Assembly: GCF_018350175.1 (NCBI RefSeq)
Contig: NC_058368.1
Location: forward strand, 167,526,001-167,590,000
Direction of reading: 5' to 3'
DNA: 64,000 bases
From: Felis catus
Taxonomy: Eukaryota
Translations under genes and position numbers: made by a program
Shown here: one piece after another, positions 25,021 through 38,818 of the stretch
How positions within the stretch are numbered: position 1 is the stretch's first letter
Layout: the number at the start of each line of letters is the position of its first letter
Notes under the pieces: generated by a model
Databases searched by the model: none
The model's input: the letters and a program-made list of their open reading frames with translations, nothing else
Told to the model about the DNA's origin: nothing

Positions 25021-27144
25021 GCAGAATATACGCTTCCTGAAGACTTTAAGACTTGTACATTACATACCCTTAGTTAAGAAAGGTAAGCCAGAAATGTTTT
25101 GATGTTGCTCAACCTAAGCAATCAGAAGTAATTATCCAAGGAATTCTGCTATAAGCTCTAGAGTATAATATTTAGGAATATACCTAAGCGACTCCTCCCA
25201 CCCCCCCTCCCCCGCTCTTTCTGTTCCTCTCCTCTTCTACTCTCTGCCTGGATCAATGTCAATAAATTCCACATTCCATCTCCAACAACAGATGAATAGA
25301 AGATTAGCTTTTCAAGGAAACAGCTGTAAATAACTATAATCTAGTTAGTAGGATTCCTTGTGGCTCAAAGGTTAAAACAACAGGAGTCCTAAGTTTCCCT
25401 GATGAAAAATTTTAATTCCCTCCTATAGGAAAACAACGGGACATTTTCTAAAGTTTAAAAACAAGGTCATGTATATAACATTTATATAGATCAACTAGTA
25501 ATAAAGAACCAGGATTAAGAATTTTAATCCTGTAAAATTCAGGTAAGCAAAGATCCAAGAGTCTCATAACTAAGTATTTTCTGAGAAAAAGTAAGAAGCT
25601 AGTTTAAGGTAAATTGGCACTCCTTGTCCTAAGAGTGACCCTCACCCCCAAAACATAACAGCCAAAGAGAATGTACAAAATTTGGCTAGGTTTAAAACAA
25701 CTCAAAGTGAAGTAGAAATAATTTGGTCAAAAATTCTGATTCATATTAAGAACCTAAAAAAGGAAAAAATGAAAATATCAGGTTTTAATGGAACACTAAT
25801 TTGGATATAAAAATATTAATTGTGCACACAGCCTTGTACCAGGCATTGGCAAGGCAATGGGAATATGAGGGGTATAATTTCCTCTTTAATGTGAACTTGC
25901 TTCTTCAGATGTCTTTCCAATGAATGAGAGCTTTGACGGAAATGATTGTTGCTTGTTAAGAACAGGAAGGGCACTCTGTAGGACTGAATCTGCCTCTTCA
26001 GAGCACCTGCTCCCTGAAGGCCAGCATGGGTCACAGTATGGCTGGAGAGCAAAGGCAAAATGGACACAAGGGAGAAAAAGCATCAGTAAGTGGGACATCA
26101 GCACTGCCATGGGAAATCAGCTTGCACCTTATTAGGCAGATGCAAAAACTGCTTATTGCCAACAAGTACTTTATTTGGGAGAAGACAGATCTTATGTAAT
26201 TAAAATAGAGGATGGCTTTTGTTTGATGATTCAATAAGGTACAGATAAATTGAGTATTTTCATTCTTTTAACCACCAACTCTGGAAGATACAGCTAACCA
26301 GTTGTGATAGATGCAGGTCAAACACAGATACATCTGGTGGCCACTAAGCTGCACACCTCAGAGGAGAGATGCAGGTCCTACTCTGTTCACAGTTCCACAG
26401 GAGGACCCATCATGGATCCAAGCAGCCTCAATGTCCATGAGGAGTTACACAGCTCTAGGGAAGGAACACATGCAAACACTCCCAAAGGTTCCAATTAGCT
26501 CCATGGGAATACTGTGGAGTTCCAGGCTGCTCTGGGAATACCAGGACTTTCCCCACAGAACCAATCAGAATCCCCTTAGGCAGTCTACCAAACAGAACTC
26601 TGTCCTTAAGAGACCAACGAATTGGGCAGTAAGCCAAGAGCACTGCTTGAGTTGTTTTCTGAAGCAATCTCAACCTCTCAAGGTGACTGGAATCCAGTAG
26701 TCACCATATTCACCTATACCAATGATCTCTAACCCCAAGCAGTCAGGGTCACTGAAAATGAACCTTTTTGATGACCTCATAGTAGAACTCCCTACGTACA
26801 ATTCAGTCCTTTTGGGAAAAGAAGCAACCCAAGGCACAGTCCAGGTGGCTGGCTGTATTTTCCCTGAAATTTATATAGTCCCTGAATTATTTACCTTTAA
26901 ATGCAATACCTGAACATTTTTACTTCAAATATAACTTAAGTCTTTCCTCACCTTCTAAACATTGCCAGTCTCTCCTCTAGTATGAAACTCAACCATTAAG
27001 AAATTTAATGGGACAGTGAACATCTCTGTTTGGTTTTCCTTCCCAACAGACAGCATTTGCTAGTACTTATTGATAGCAAGTTACTCATCAGCAATTTTCA
27101 TAGTTGCTCTTGCTTGCTAACTACTGGACCTTAGATGAGTTTCC

Positions 27145-27275
27145 TACTCTCTGGTAGGTACTCAATATTTGCAGAATGGATGAATGAACCAAGCCACTAT
27201 TAGAATACTACAAGGCCGTATATCAAGAATCTAAGAAGGAACCTGACACAATGGAGGCACTCAATTATTGTGAGG
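27145..27275 (+). mobile_element. L2 3' tail fragments
   Basis: gtaggtactcaatatttgcagaatggatgaatgaa; cctgacacaatggaggcactcaattattg. Confidence 0.5.
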
Positions 27276-30200
27276 CAGAGCAGAAGTGGTCATAATGGTG
27301 AGAAGGTGGCCAAAGCAGTCATGATAGTAACACGTCTTTTAGTTTTTCTACTGTAGGAAAGAAGATCAGATAAAGAATTCCCTGGTCAGGAGAAGTCATC
27401 CTCCAATGAACGTGGGAAAAAACAGAATAGGATTTGAAGAACAGTTTCACACAATATCCATGGCAATAGGTGGTGGGTACAATTTCCTGCTTCTCACCTA
27501 TACTACAAACTACCCAATGAAAATTCTAAGTTAACTTGTATAAAATATGAAAGTCAAGGGCCCTTTCACAGTTGCACCCAAGCAACTGGCTCATTCCTGT
27601 TGTATCAGACAGAGGGCAAAAAGGATTTACCTCATACCCTCCAATTATTCCCATTTCTAACAGCACCAACAGCCAGTTCGAGTAGGAAAGAAGTTTGGGA
27701 TCTGGAAATATAAAGTCTTCCAAACTAAAGAATGGTAATTCAGTCACCAAGTTAGGATACTGATAGATTCTAAATAATGTCAAACCATATGTAAAAATAG
27801 AAATATCTATCAATAGCATCTTTTTTCGTACCTGAAAATTGCAAATACAACGAACAGTTTCATATGAAATTGGGGTCAAACAATGACACGAGACATGATA
27901 CCACATCCACTACCCAAGATAGGTGAACGAACTACAAAGCAGGGGAGAGGGGGCAGATTTTATGGAGCTAGTGAATCCTTTAAAATCAAGTCAATCCCCA
28001 AATATGGAAAGGATAATTCTCTTCTCCATGAGAGAGGTTGAGACAGTGGCCATGGCACCAACTAGCCCTAAATATCTCACAACTGTGACGAGAAGTTAAG
28101 TCGCCTAAGAACATCTGGATGGCAATAAATCAGTGAAAGATATTCTATGGCATAAAATGAAATTACATTTTGGGAGCAGATCAGTTCTCTGGTATGTTTA
28201 ACGCTTTGCGTAGCATGGTAAGTAAAACTGCTGAAATGAAGACTCCCATGTAAAGCAGATCACTCAAAGAGAAAAATCAGACTGACATCAAAATCCCCAT
28301 CAAACTAATGCTGGAGTGGGTACAGTTTTTTAAATGTGACTTCCCATGCCATTCGACTGAACAAATATTGTGTTTACAGTGTTTCCTTTTGTTTCTGAAT
28401 TTTTTGCTTGACTCATGGAATTGCTCAAATTCAGGTATTTTTGTTTTATTCAATCATGCTTAATTAAGAATAGAGCCTGCCTAAATAAAACTCACTACAT
28501 AAAGATCTGCAATTATGGAAATAATTGCTCACAGTAATGGTTTTTAAAGGCATCTCATACCTAGAAATCAGCAAAAATAAGCTAGCCTTTCCTATAAAGA
28601 CCTAAACAAAAGATGGTAAACAAATACACCTCTAGCCCTAATTAAGGCTATTGAGTAAAATGAAACAGCAGACCTCATAAATCTGTCTTATAAAGAAGAG
28701 CTAAAAAGAGGACACTGAAGAAGGGCTTAGAACCATGAATAGAATGTAAAAATGTGGAACACACTGCTCTACCCATGCACCTAGCCCATGAGAATGTACC
28801 TAGTGCTACTGTATTCCAGGCATCCCTAGGGCATTACTAATTGATGACTATTTTTACCATCCCGCCCCCTCCCAAATAATTATTATCCATTAATGTATAC
28901 ATATTAAATGCAGGGAGTGGTCTGAATGTGTTTTTCAGTTTTGATACAATTCAATGGGAAAATAGCTTCAATGGTCTTATATTCATAGAAATGCACCTAT
29001 CTTAAAAAACACACCTATGCTTTAAAGTGAAGCCTCTCAGTTCAGAAAGGGAGCCAAGAACACTTCTTTAAAAATTAGGTATTTTAAGCGAAGAATTTAT
29101 ATTCAAAATTAGAAACAATTTTGTCTTTAGAAGTTTTAGCTTTTAAGCATATCAGTACATTACCTAAGAACACTGCAGCATCTCTATTTCTGGAAAAATA
29201 ATTTTAAGAGTTAACCACTGCCTTTCAGAGATGACTAGGTGTAACCTTACATGGACACAGAAGCATCCACCAGATTATTTCTTACCAAACATTTTCAGAG
29301 CTGTCAATGTGGATGAAATGGATATATCACATCTCTTAGAGATCACATTTATTTTCACCCGTGTCTTACCAAAATATAGAAGGCAAGGGAAAATTAGGGA
29401 ACACAGGCTAATTTTCTAAGTAAAATCATAAGAGCATTCAATAGCCACGTAAATGATTGACATATATGAAACAGACAAATACTGGGTAACATGCTTAACC
29501 AAACCAGGCACTTGTCGTTCTCTGCTTGTCCTCATCTCCTTTTTTTGATGGAAAATTAGGCAAGTAGTCAAAGTAGAAGCCTCTTGGCCTCCAAAGAAAC
29601 CTGAAAGTTATTTCAGGACTCTCAGAAGACTTCTTGACCTACTTGTGTGCTGGGGGGAAAAACGGGAGGGAGGAAGATAGCAGAAATAATATGCAAGGTT
29701 TTCAGAGGCATGAAAATCAAGAATTTACACTTCCAGCTGTCTATTTAACAGTGTTTATGCTCTATACCATCAAGACAATGTCATCCCTTTTCTCCTTGCC
29801 TTTGCAACCTACCATTTTAAAGGTATGATGACTGTTTCTCTCTTCCAGGGCCACCAAGCTGTAACAAGCAGAAAAACAATCTTGGCAGCAGGAGATGCTA
29901 AGAGAAGACAGTAAACTAATGACTACGGGACCTATGGTGCCAGGCATCAGGCTGCGAACCAACACGCACAGCACAAAGTCATCAAAACTGGACAGACAGG
30001 GCTACGGAGCATGTGCAAGGATGAAACTCTGCACTTGCAGTGACCTTTTTTCATGGCTCGTGGCTCATGTGGTAGCTCATTTAAAAATCTGAGTTGGCAA
30101 GAAATTAGTCAGACAAACACTGTCTGGGAAGAGTGTTCAAGTTCGACTTGCTGCCTATGTGGTCACAATTAGCCTTGAAGACAACCAGATTTTATTTTCA

Positions 30201-31636
30201 TTAAAAACAAACCAACGAGGCAGCCACTAGGCCCTTTGGCAAGCTGCTCCACCGTTACAACACCGAGCTGGGGGGCCCATTCTGGCCACCTCAACTGTAT
30301 CCTCATGTCCCAGACAAGAGTCTTCTCGTGATTTTTCTTTTCTTCAAGTGATGTTTGTCACCTATTTATCCTGGGCTCTCTGCACTGACACTAATCTGCC
30401 TTGAAATTGGCTGATTCCGCTCAAGCCATGTTTACAGGGGAGCGAGTTACATCAGGCCATCCTTGTTCATAGCCCAGTTTATGCTCTAAAGCAGAGAGAT
30501 TATTAAGAACTATAGATTGCATGCATACACTTGAAAATGACTCAATTTGGGGAAGATAACTGTATCAGATCTGCATTGCTTGGGTTGTTGAAAGAGGCCA
30601 GGTAGCACTACAATCTTGAATGGAAATTGTTCCCTAAATATATTATCCTCCCTAAGACACATTTAACAACTGTTAGTGCCCAGGAGACAAAGGCTAAAGG
30701 GAAAAAAAAAATACATGTATTAGAACATGGAGATGCAAAGACAGGGAAAAGCCTCATTTAAATTATCAAGCTGAGCATTAACCACAAGGAGAGAAAAACA
30801 AATGTTCTATGTTTTGCACAAACATCAATTACGTCTAGTAATTTAGCTGATTCCTCTCACTGAACAGGTGCTCTGGCTGCAGTGCAAAGTGAAAAGCATG
30901 CACACCACTCTGGCTTCTATGAAAGGTACCAAGGGTCCTCAACTTGCTCTAAAAAAGATTTCCAACAGTCCCTGGCACTGACATTGACTGTTTTTCCAAA
31001 GCTCCTACCAAGTATGTGGCACTGGGAGAGTGAAACCTAGCCTCGAGACAGCCTGCAGACTTGCCGTTTCAATAGGCTGCAAATGCGGGGCAAAGAGAAT
31101 GCACTCAGAGAAGAGCTCTGCAGATGGTCATGAATTTAGGCACATTAACCCAAATGAATTATGTTTGACAAGGAGGGGCAGGACGAATGAATTAAGTCTA
31201 CAGATAGTCACAAACTCTAAATATAAGCAACAGATTTCACTTTCTCACAGACTATGCCCAAAGCTGCTTAAACAACAAAAAGCAGTCATCTGAGTTGAAT
31301 CCCCAGATCCTCTTCACAATTCAGATTGTGAAAAGCAAAGCGACTGAAAGACCTAGAACTAGTAGGAGGAAAAAGATATAATTAAGCCCCCCCCCAATAT
31401 CCAAGCAAGTCAGGCAGCCTCCCCAAGATGAAAAATTATAAACCTAGACACACACCAGTAAAGTGAGTAAATATTCTTCCCCATAGTACGTTTTTTTAAG
31501 TGGTGAAATCAAGTTGAACTATGTGGAATTTCTTCTGCAAAGAGGTACAAAACTAGTAAGTGGAACATCTTCCAAATGGGACCTGAAATAAAAAGAAGGC
31601 CATTTGCCTGTATCTTGGTTATCTTATCATTATCTT

Positions 31637-31697
31637 AAAAAAAAAAAAAAAAGAAAGAAAGAAAGAAAGAAAAAGAAAAAGAAAAAAAGAAAAAAAA
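31637..31697. repeat. Poly-A/(GAAA)n tract
   Basis: Read directly; immediately 5' of a SINE. Confidence 0.9.
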
Positions 31698-31703
31698 GGT
31701 CCA

Positions 31704-31906
31704 GGGGCACCTGGGTGGCTCAGTGAGTTAAGCATGCAACTTCAGCTCAGGTCATGATCTCACGGTTCATAAGCTCGAGCCCCGCATTGGGTTCACTGTT
31801 GTCAGCACAGAGCCTGCTCCAGATCCTCTGTCCCTCTTTCTTTCTGCTCCTACCCCACTCATCCTCTATCAAAAATGAGCACAAAAAAAAAAAAAAAAAA
31901 AAAAAA
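31704..31906 (+). mobile_element. Can-SINE (felid type)
   Basis: ggggcacctgggtggctcagtgagttaagcatgcaacttcagctcaggtcatgatctcacggttc..., CT-rich region, A24 tail. Confidence 0.93.
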
Positions 31907-33167
31907 TCAAGCCCAGAAGAGATCACCCTTTAACACTCTTTGTTTACGGTCTACCTATGTTTTTGATGTTGATCCCAAAGGAAGAGAGGGCTTTCTTCTC
32001 TGAAAGAATTGTCTTAGGTACTAAGGCATCTGTTGGCTTGCACTTGACCCCTGCTAAGTGACTTGGGTTGTTCTCTCTCAGATTCCTAAATCCTAATTTA
32101 CTTCCTGATTCCTCAATTTCTCCCTCCATAAACCCTGCCCAGAAAAGAATTTCTTCAATGCTCCTGCCTTCTCTTGATGATGAATTGCCATATTTCCTTC
32201 TCTTACACAAATATATGGCCGGCCAGTATTTATATAAAATCTGGGAATATAGCCATTCATTCTTCATGGCCTGGCTCCTTCAAGTTCACAGCTTTGCACA
32301 CGCCAGTTTACACATATCAGCGTGATAGTCTGCTCCAACAGGAGGGATCCCCAGACATGCCTTAATGATGTCGGTATCTCCTTAGAGACAGAGATACTGG
32401 AGAGACAAATCAGGTTTCCAGATCTTGGTTTCCTCACCTGCACAACAAAAATGGCTTCTACAAAAACAATTAAGAGGGTAAGTGCAAATGACTAAGCAAG
32501 TCTATAAAAGGTTTTCATAAAAATGCTAAAAGCAACAGGCATAACTCCTCTTCTTTCCTGCAGTGGTAGCTCCTTCCTAGAGCTCCAAACGCTACCCTCC
32601 AAACCACAACCTTAGGAGAATGACATTCTTGAAATGCTTCCAAAGACGTTCATCCCGAGGGAGGAGGATTTATAGTTGTGTGTCAAATGTCAGTGATCTG
32701 AGAGCTCTAGTCACCGGCATGATGTTATCCTACAAGTGGTGTGGACACATAAGGCAACAATCTCCCATGTTCCAGGGCCATAAGGCCGGACCAGGCTCAC
32801 TGCAACCACAACTGCTTTCAGAGAGTGTTTTGAGAAATAATGGGACCAGAACTCGTTTAGTCATTGAGATAGTTTATGTGCCCATATTGATGAGCATTTT
32901 CCACACCAATGATCACAGACACTTGTAACCAGTTTGGTTCTTAATGCAAAAATTTTAACAGTTGTGTGGGTGGGTCAAGAGGGGAGTGTCTGTGTGGAGT
33001 GAATCTATCACTGTGCATATTTTATTACCATCTGTTGTTTCAATGATTTTTAATTACTTGACATGTAATTCTCAGTGCTGAAATTATATTTAAAAGCAAG
33101 CTACTCTGTTCAAATAGTTTCCATGTGTTTGAGGGAGAATGGGGAACAGGGACAGAACTACAAAGAT

Positions 33168-33506
33168 CAAAGGTCACAAAAAATCCTCAGCCTATACACA
33201 TGCTTTACTTGGCTGGTGCAGGTTTTTTTGTTTGTTTGTTTGTTTTTTCATTTGAGTCAAGACTTAAAAGTCAGTATTGAATTAACCTAAAAATCTAGAT
33301 TACTAGTTTCTCATAGAAGTATGGTAACATCTGGCAATACTAATTAATATTCATACCCTGCCATAGAGCTGAATAACAGCTGCCCCTTGAGGTAGGGCCT
33401 GTCCTCTCCAGATGACAGTCCCCCTTTCTTTCTGCAGCACCCTATCTTCATCACTTATTTGTGTTACCCACTTGGCCTTTATTGGCATTTGAGTTTGAGA
33501 CACCTG
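33168..33506 (-). mobile_element. hAT-Charlie non-autonomous element (MER102-like)
   Basis: Ends caaaggtcacaaa... and ...gttacccacttggcctttattggcatttgagtttgagacacctg. Internal aaaatctagattactagtttctc...atctggcaatact and agagctgaataacagctgccccttga...ctctccag match the MER102 reverse complement as I recall it. Confidence 0.65.
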
Positions 33507-33519
33507 AGATAGATCAAGA

Positions 33520-33575
33520 AGTTTAACACATGGCAGGTGCTTAATAAAGATCTATTGAATGAGTCAATGAAGAAT
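33520..33575 (+). mobile_element. L2 3' tail
   Basis: acacatggcaggtgcttaataaagatctattgaatgagtcaatgaa. Confidence 0.55.
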
Positions 33576-34925
33576 TAAACTTTAAAAACAGCAGAATAGA
33601 CAAGCCCAAAATATATTCCAGTCTACTTCTCAAAGCAGTTACTTTTCCTACTTTCAATTACATAGAAGTACTAAAGTACTTTTTCAAAGTGGTTTCTGAC
33701 AATTAAAAACTAGTTTGTAGACAGGAAACTTCAATTCCACCAATGTTCAGTCTCCACTAAATCACAACACACATTTGGTACACAAATCTGACCAAGAAGT
33801 CTGTTGATAAATGCAAACACAGCCCCCATTCTTGAGGAAAGCTAAGCCCAATACTGCATAGTTATCTGTAAAATGGACAGGCTTTAAATACTCTAGGAAT
33901 CTCTCATTCTTTTAATCTGTAATGCTGACCACACCCAAACCTGCTTGCTCATCTTGATGTAGGGGAAATGAGGCAGAACAACAATTTCTTTCAAATGACT
34001 TTACACTTACTCAGTACAGGTCAGGGGAGCACCAGACCCTAGTCAGAACACTGCCACCGAAGAGCTGCAGAGACAGACTCATCCCGCGGCGGTTAGATGG
34101 ACACGACCCCAGAGCCAGAATAGAACCTTTTCAACATGAAGGAATTTGCCTCAGTGAGCAGTGCTTGCTGGGGCACCGTGCATGGTTAGGGAGGTGAAAT
34201 TAAATGCGTGACTATAACTGAACCAACACACTTCCTAATTTCCCCACCAAAATGACAAACTAGGGAGCCCTCTGCCATTTTTTCTGTGAAGAAGTCTGAC
34301 TCACCAGCCATAGCAGAAATGGGAAAAACTAAGCTTCTTTTGACCCATTTTTCTGAGTAGCCATGAGAAACCATCAAGGAAACAAAATCCGTCAAATTTA
34401 ATGTTTCACAAAAGCGACAGCAAAAGATAGTAAAAGGGATGTGAGAAACTAACCTCCAGAAGTTGTAGCACGTGATCTCTGTTCACGCTCCTACTTCTCT
34501 GTGTAATTCCTTGCTGTCCGAGGATGTACATTAGCACCTGTTTTGAAACACCTCTGAGAGCAGCTGAGTGAACCCCCGATTGGGAGAAGATACCCAACGG
34601 GGTACTGGGCCAGTACGTGCACTCCGTGCTATCAGTCATCCATCCGGGACTGTGAAAACAAGGCCAGACTGTTTCCAGAAGGCAGCGCCTTCCCAGCACA
34701 GGACCGGACTTCAACATCGAGCCATTCCGTGGCTGTGCACCAGGAGAACAAATCTGCTCTCTCTGGAAGGAGACGAGATTTCCAGCCAATCTGCTTGATT
34801 ACTCTAATTCTGTCAAGAATGCCAAGACCACGATGGGGGAAACTGCACTGCTTTTGACTTAAAATCCAACCTCCTCTGTGGTTCTTAAGGCATGCCCCGT
34901 TTTGTCAGACATTTTTAAACCTCCA

Positions 34926-35101
34926 CAGTGGAGGTTCTCAATTCTAGCGCACATTAGAAACACCTGGGGAGCTTTTAAAACCACCAACACTCAGGCCTCA
35001 CCTGACTCAAATTAAATCACACTCTCCGAGGGTGGGGTCCTGGCACTCGCTCCCCTCTCCCCAAGGAGGTTCTAAATGTGCAGCTAGTAGTGAGAACCAC
35101 A
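34926..35101. mobile_element. MER5-family hAT-Charlie MITE
   Basis: cagtggaggttctcaa...gcacattagaaacacctggggagcttttaaaa...ccccaaggaggttctaaatgtgcagc...tgagaaccac; terminal inverted repeats typical of MER5. Confidence 0.8.
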
Positions 35102-35175
35102 CATCTTGGATGATTAAATCGAAAAAGGCAACGGAATCAGAAAGGAAATGCGAACTCAAAAGAAAAAGGCAGAGG

Positions 35176-35339
35176 AGGGACATCTGGGTGGCTCAGCTGG
35201 TTAAACGTCAGACTTCAGCTGAGGTCATGATCTCATGGTCTGTGAGATCGGGGGCCGAAGTCAGGCTCTGCGCTGGGTGTCGAGCCAGGTTGGGATTCTC
35301 TCTCTCTCCCTCTCCTTTTGCCCCTCCACCGCTTGCGTG

Positions 35340-35375
<36 letters not shown>

Positions 35376-35426
35376 AATAAATAATAAAACACTTTTTAAA
35401 AGTCCAAAAAAACATTAAAAAAAAAA
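35176..35426 (+). mobile_element. Can-SINE
   Basis: gggacatctgggtggctcagctggttaaacgtcagacttcagctgaggtcatgatctc; (CT)15; aaaataaa; A-rich tail. Confidence 0.92.
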
Positions 35427-37379
35427 GAAAAAGAGGAAAAGATGGGATGTTATGACAAAAGGGCCCCCTCCTCACTAAGTAGTTATAAACCTACCCTCGG
35501 TTTCCCAGGATGGCTCATATCAAATTCCTTTCCTGACCTAGCTATCACCCTCTTTCCACCTGATAACTCCTTCAGTTATTTATAATCGAGGGTTTTTTTT
35601 TTAAAGCTACTAAATTAGAATTACACTCTGCCTACTGGAGAATACTTGATTCTAATAAAATAGTTATGTGATTAGGAAGAGGTAAAACAACACAAGGTGT
35701 GTGCTTGTCTTCTCATTGCTTTTCATTACTGGCTCTTTGAACAATTAAACGTGAACTGGAAAAAATAAACCCTTTTTTCAGATAATACTGCAAGCGTGGG
35801 TATTTTTGCTTCGTTGATACAACCTGCTTCACCTACACTGAAAATGCCCACCTCCATGATGGGTTTTGAAGATTGTGAAGTTCTTTTATCAGAGACCAAT
35901 TTAGAAGGTAAGGTGCACGGTTAAAGATTGTGTATGCTGACACATCGGTAATTACCTTCTAAATAATGTTGTAACTGGATGAGTCATCAAAGCTACCCCA
36001 GGCTTATAATGAGGGGTAAAAAGAAGGGCTATCTGGTGGCGTTACTGAGAGGCACGGGGCCAAGAGCAGGAAAGCAGGAAGGCAGGCGGGGCAGGAGGAG
36101 AGAGGAAAAAATGAGCATGGTCACTGCAGGGTGTGACAGCAAGGGGTTTGGATATCTGTGCCAGCTGCTGTAATCACCACCATCCACAAGCCAAACCCTT
36201 ACATATAAGCTCAGAGATTCAATTTTTTTCAAAAGTTAATTTTTTAAAGCAAAACCCAAGTTAATAAAATGTTCCAGTAATCCCCTATCATCAAATTTTA
36301 CTCAATTTGCGGTGTGGAACTTCATTTATTCATATTTTTAGCTACACAGTCAGGGCCTGCTTTCTTCCAACCATTTTCTCATCCTTCCCCTCACACAACG
36401 TGCCACAGACATGCCCTGCTGCCGGCCTCGGCAAATGGCAGTCCCCACGCTACGCTATAGATGGTGAGGCGCCTGGCTTGAGATTAGGAAAACAGAAAAG
36501 AATGGAATACAAATCATTACTCCCAAATACGGATGACATTTAGGCCTTTTCCATTGCTCATTTTCGTGACCTGCATCCTGAAGGAGGCTTCTGGCCAAAA
36601 TGGTGGTGAGCGGGTGGGTCACTTCTTTTATTACTGTATCTCATATCAGATAGTTGAACTTTGTGTAATTTGCGGCATATGGCTGGATTACAAGAAGAAA
36701 CAAAATGGGATCAAAGAAAATCGAGAAGAAGAAGAAAGTGAAGTCACTGGTCCCCCTGTTTAGTAGCCAAAAAAGTACATTCTCAATACCAACACCGAAC
36801 CTCTGGTTTACATTTTCTTTTTCTTTTTTGACTTCGATTACACAGTTGGGTTGGCTTATGAATACGGTAAGAGGTATAACCTTTAGAGTGGAAGGCAGGA
36901 TGAGCAGACAGAACCTAATTAATAGTGAAAAATTATTAATCTGTCTTACTAAGAGAAAGTAAAATCAGTCGTAACTTACAAAGGAACTTCTCTGTACAAT
37001 TTAATAAAGGCAGGACTCACTGCATGACTGGGGCCTCATTATGAAATGAATATGTTTGATATAAGCCTGCACCAAACCCCAATAATTAACACCACCTCAC
37101 CCTACCATATAAAGCTTAAAAATACCATTAACATGAAGTCCACTTGTTAAATACTGCCATGTACCCTTTTAAATCCATTATTCAATAAATACCCTTTACA
37201 GAAAAAGAAGCAATAACTCATTTTTGGGAAGCTGAGAAAGGGAAAGATACGCTTAATTTGCTACGAGCTCAACTTTATAATTTCTCAGAAATTACGAAAC
37301 TTTTTTAGAGAAGGGTTCACATTTGGGTGGCCTCCCTACAAAGCCATAAGTAACACCCACCCCACTCACTGTCACCACC

Positions 37380-37575
37380 ACAGCACGGGGATCAGAAGCA
37401 CAAGATTCCGACTTGGACAAACTGAGATTTCATCCCCAGCTTTGCTAGTGCCAGCTGTGTGCCACAGGCAAGATAATTAAGCCTTGCAATCCCCCACTCC
37501 CTCATTTCTAAAATGGAGGTAAAATTAGTACTTCAAAGTGTCTGGTACGTGCATATTCAATAAATGACACCTATT
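37380..37575 (+). mobile_element. MIR
   Basis: aactgagatttcatccccagctttgctagtgccagctgtgtgccacaggcaagata...ctcatttctaaaatggaggtaaaattagtac...attcaataaatgacacctatt. Confidence 0.7.
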
Positions 37576-38207
37576 GATAGAAAATGATATGTAAACCTTA
37601 AAAAGTAAAAGTGGGGGAAAAAAGCACTTACGTTGCTAGGTGGTGATCAGCAAAAAGACTTCTATTCCTACCAGGTGATAATCAAAAGGCTCCAAATATT
37701 TATTTTTCTTAAGTTGTCTGGGAGAAAATACTTACGCCTTTCCATTATTGCTTGTCAAAACAAGATTGAGAAATAAAATCCAAGGGTAAGAAGTAAAGCT
37801 ACAATTTTACTTATAACTATTTGGTTAGAAGAAAATGTAATTTCCTTACTCAAAAGTGGTAACAAATGTTCTTTGCTTTTTTATTAACTATCAATGATAA
37901 TTTCTGTGATTTGGAAGGGAGCCCACATTTATCTCTGGCCTCAAAATGGCTGAAAAGTTATTCAACTTGTAAAATTGAAATTTCTTTATCCCCAAAGCAA
38001 TAGGAGTCATATGGAATTAGCAGGTTTGACCACACTCCTCCACCCTCTCCGGTCCAAAATAGACAAAGGGAAAATACCGAGGCTTCTATTTTTGTCACCA
38101 CAGAGATTTTATATTCTGAGAAAAATCAACAAAAAAGTACGTCCTAAAGTGAACTCTCCCTGGCATTTCACTTAGACAAAAAAGTCAATCAAAAACTGGA
38201 TCAGGTA

Positions 38208-38420
38208 GGGGTACCTGGGTGGCTCATGTAGGTTAAGCATCCGACTCTTGATTTCAGCTCAGGTTCAAGATCTCACAGTTGTGAGATGGAGCCCCATGTC
38301 GGGCTCTGCACTGGGTGTGGAGCCTACTTATGATTCTCTCCCTGTCTCTCTCCCCCACCCCCTGCCTCTCCTTCCCCCTCTCCTGCTTTTGCTCACTATA
38401 AATAAATCTATATTAAGAAA
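38208..38420 (+). mobile_element. Can-SINE (older subfamily)
   Basis: ggggtacctgggtggctca...ggttaagcatccgactcttgatttcagctcagg. TSD aaaCtggatcaggta (38193-38207) / aaaTtggatcaggta (38422-38436). Confidence 0.92.
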
Positions 38421-38444
38421 GAAATTGGATCAGGTAGATCAGAA

Positions 38445-38655
38445 CCCCTAAGACTCCAAGACCCAGCATCTAGCTCTGGTACTTAATGACTGTGTGGCCT
38501 TGAATAAGTTACTTAACTTCTCTGAGCTTATTTCCTTACCTGTAAATTGGGGTTGATAATACTTCTTTCAGGACAAGCACAATGATTAAACAAGATGATA
38601 CAATTAAACAGCCAGGCACATAAGAAATTATTCTAGAAAACAGCTCGTTATTTTC
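38445..38655 (+). mobile_element. MIR
   Basis: ctagctctggtacttaatgactgtgtggccttgaataagttacttaacttctctgagc...cctgtaaattggggttgataatac: MIR core. Confidence 0.8.
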
Positions 38656-38786
38656 AAATTTGATTTCAAATACTTCTTACACCACCAACCAAAAAAGAAT
38701 TCAGTGAGAGAAGTAACAGCTACTATTTTAAACTTTTTTTAAACCTAAAATTAACTATCAAAATGAAATTATATTCTACGTATGCG

Positions 38787-38791
<5 letters not shown>

Positions 38792-38818
<27 letters not shown>
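38792..38818. repeat. (CA)13 microsatellite
   Basis: Read directly. Confidence 0.9.
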
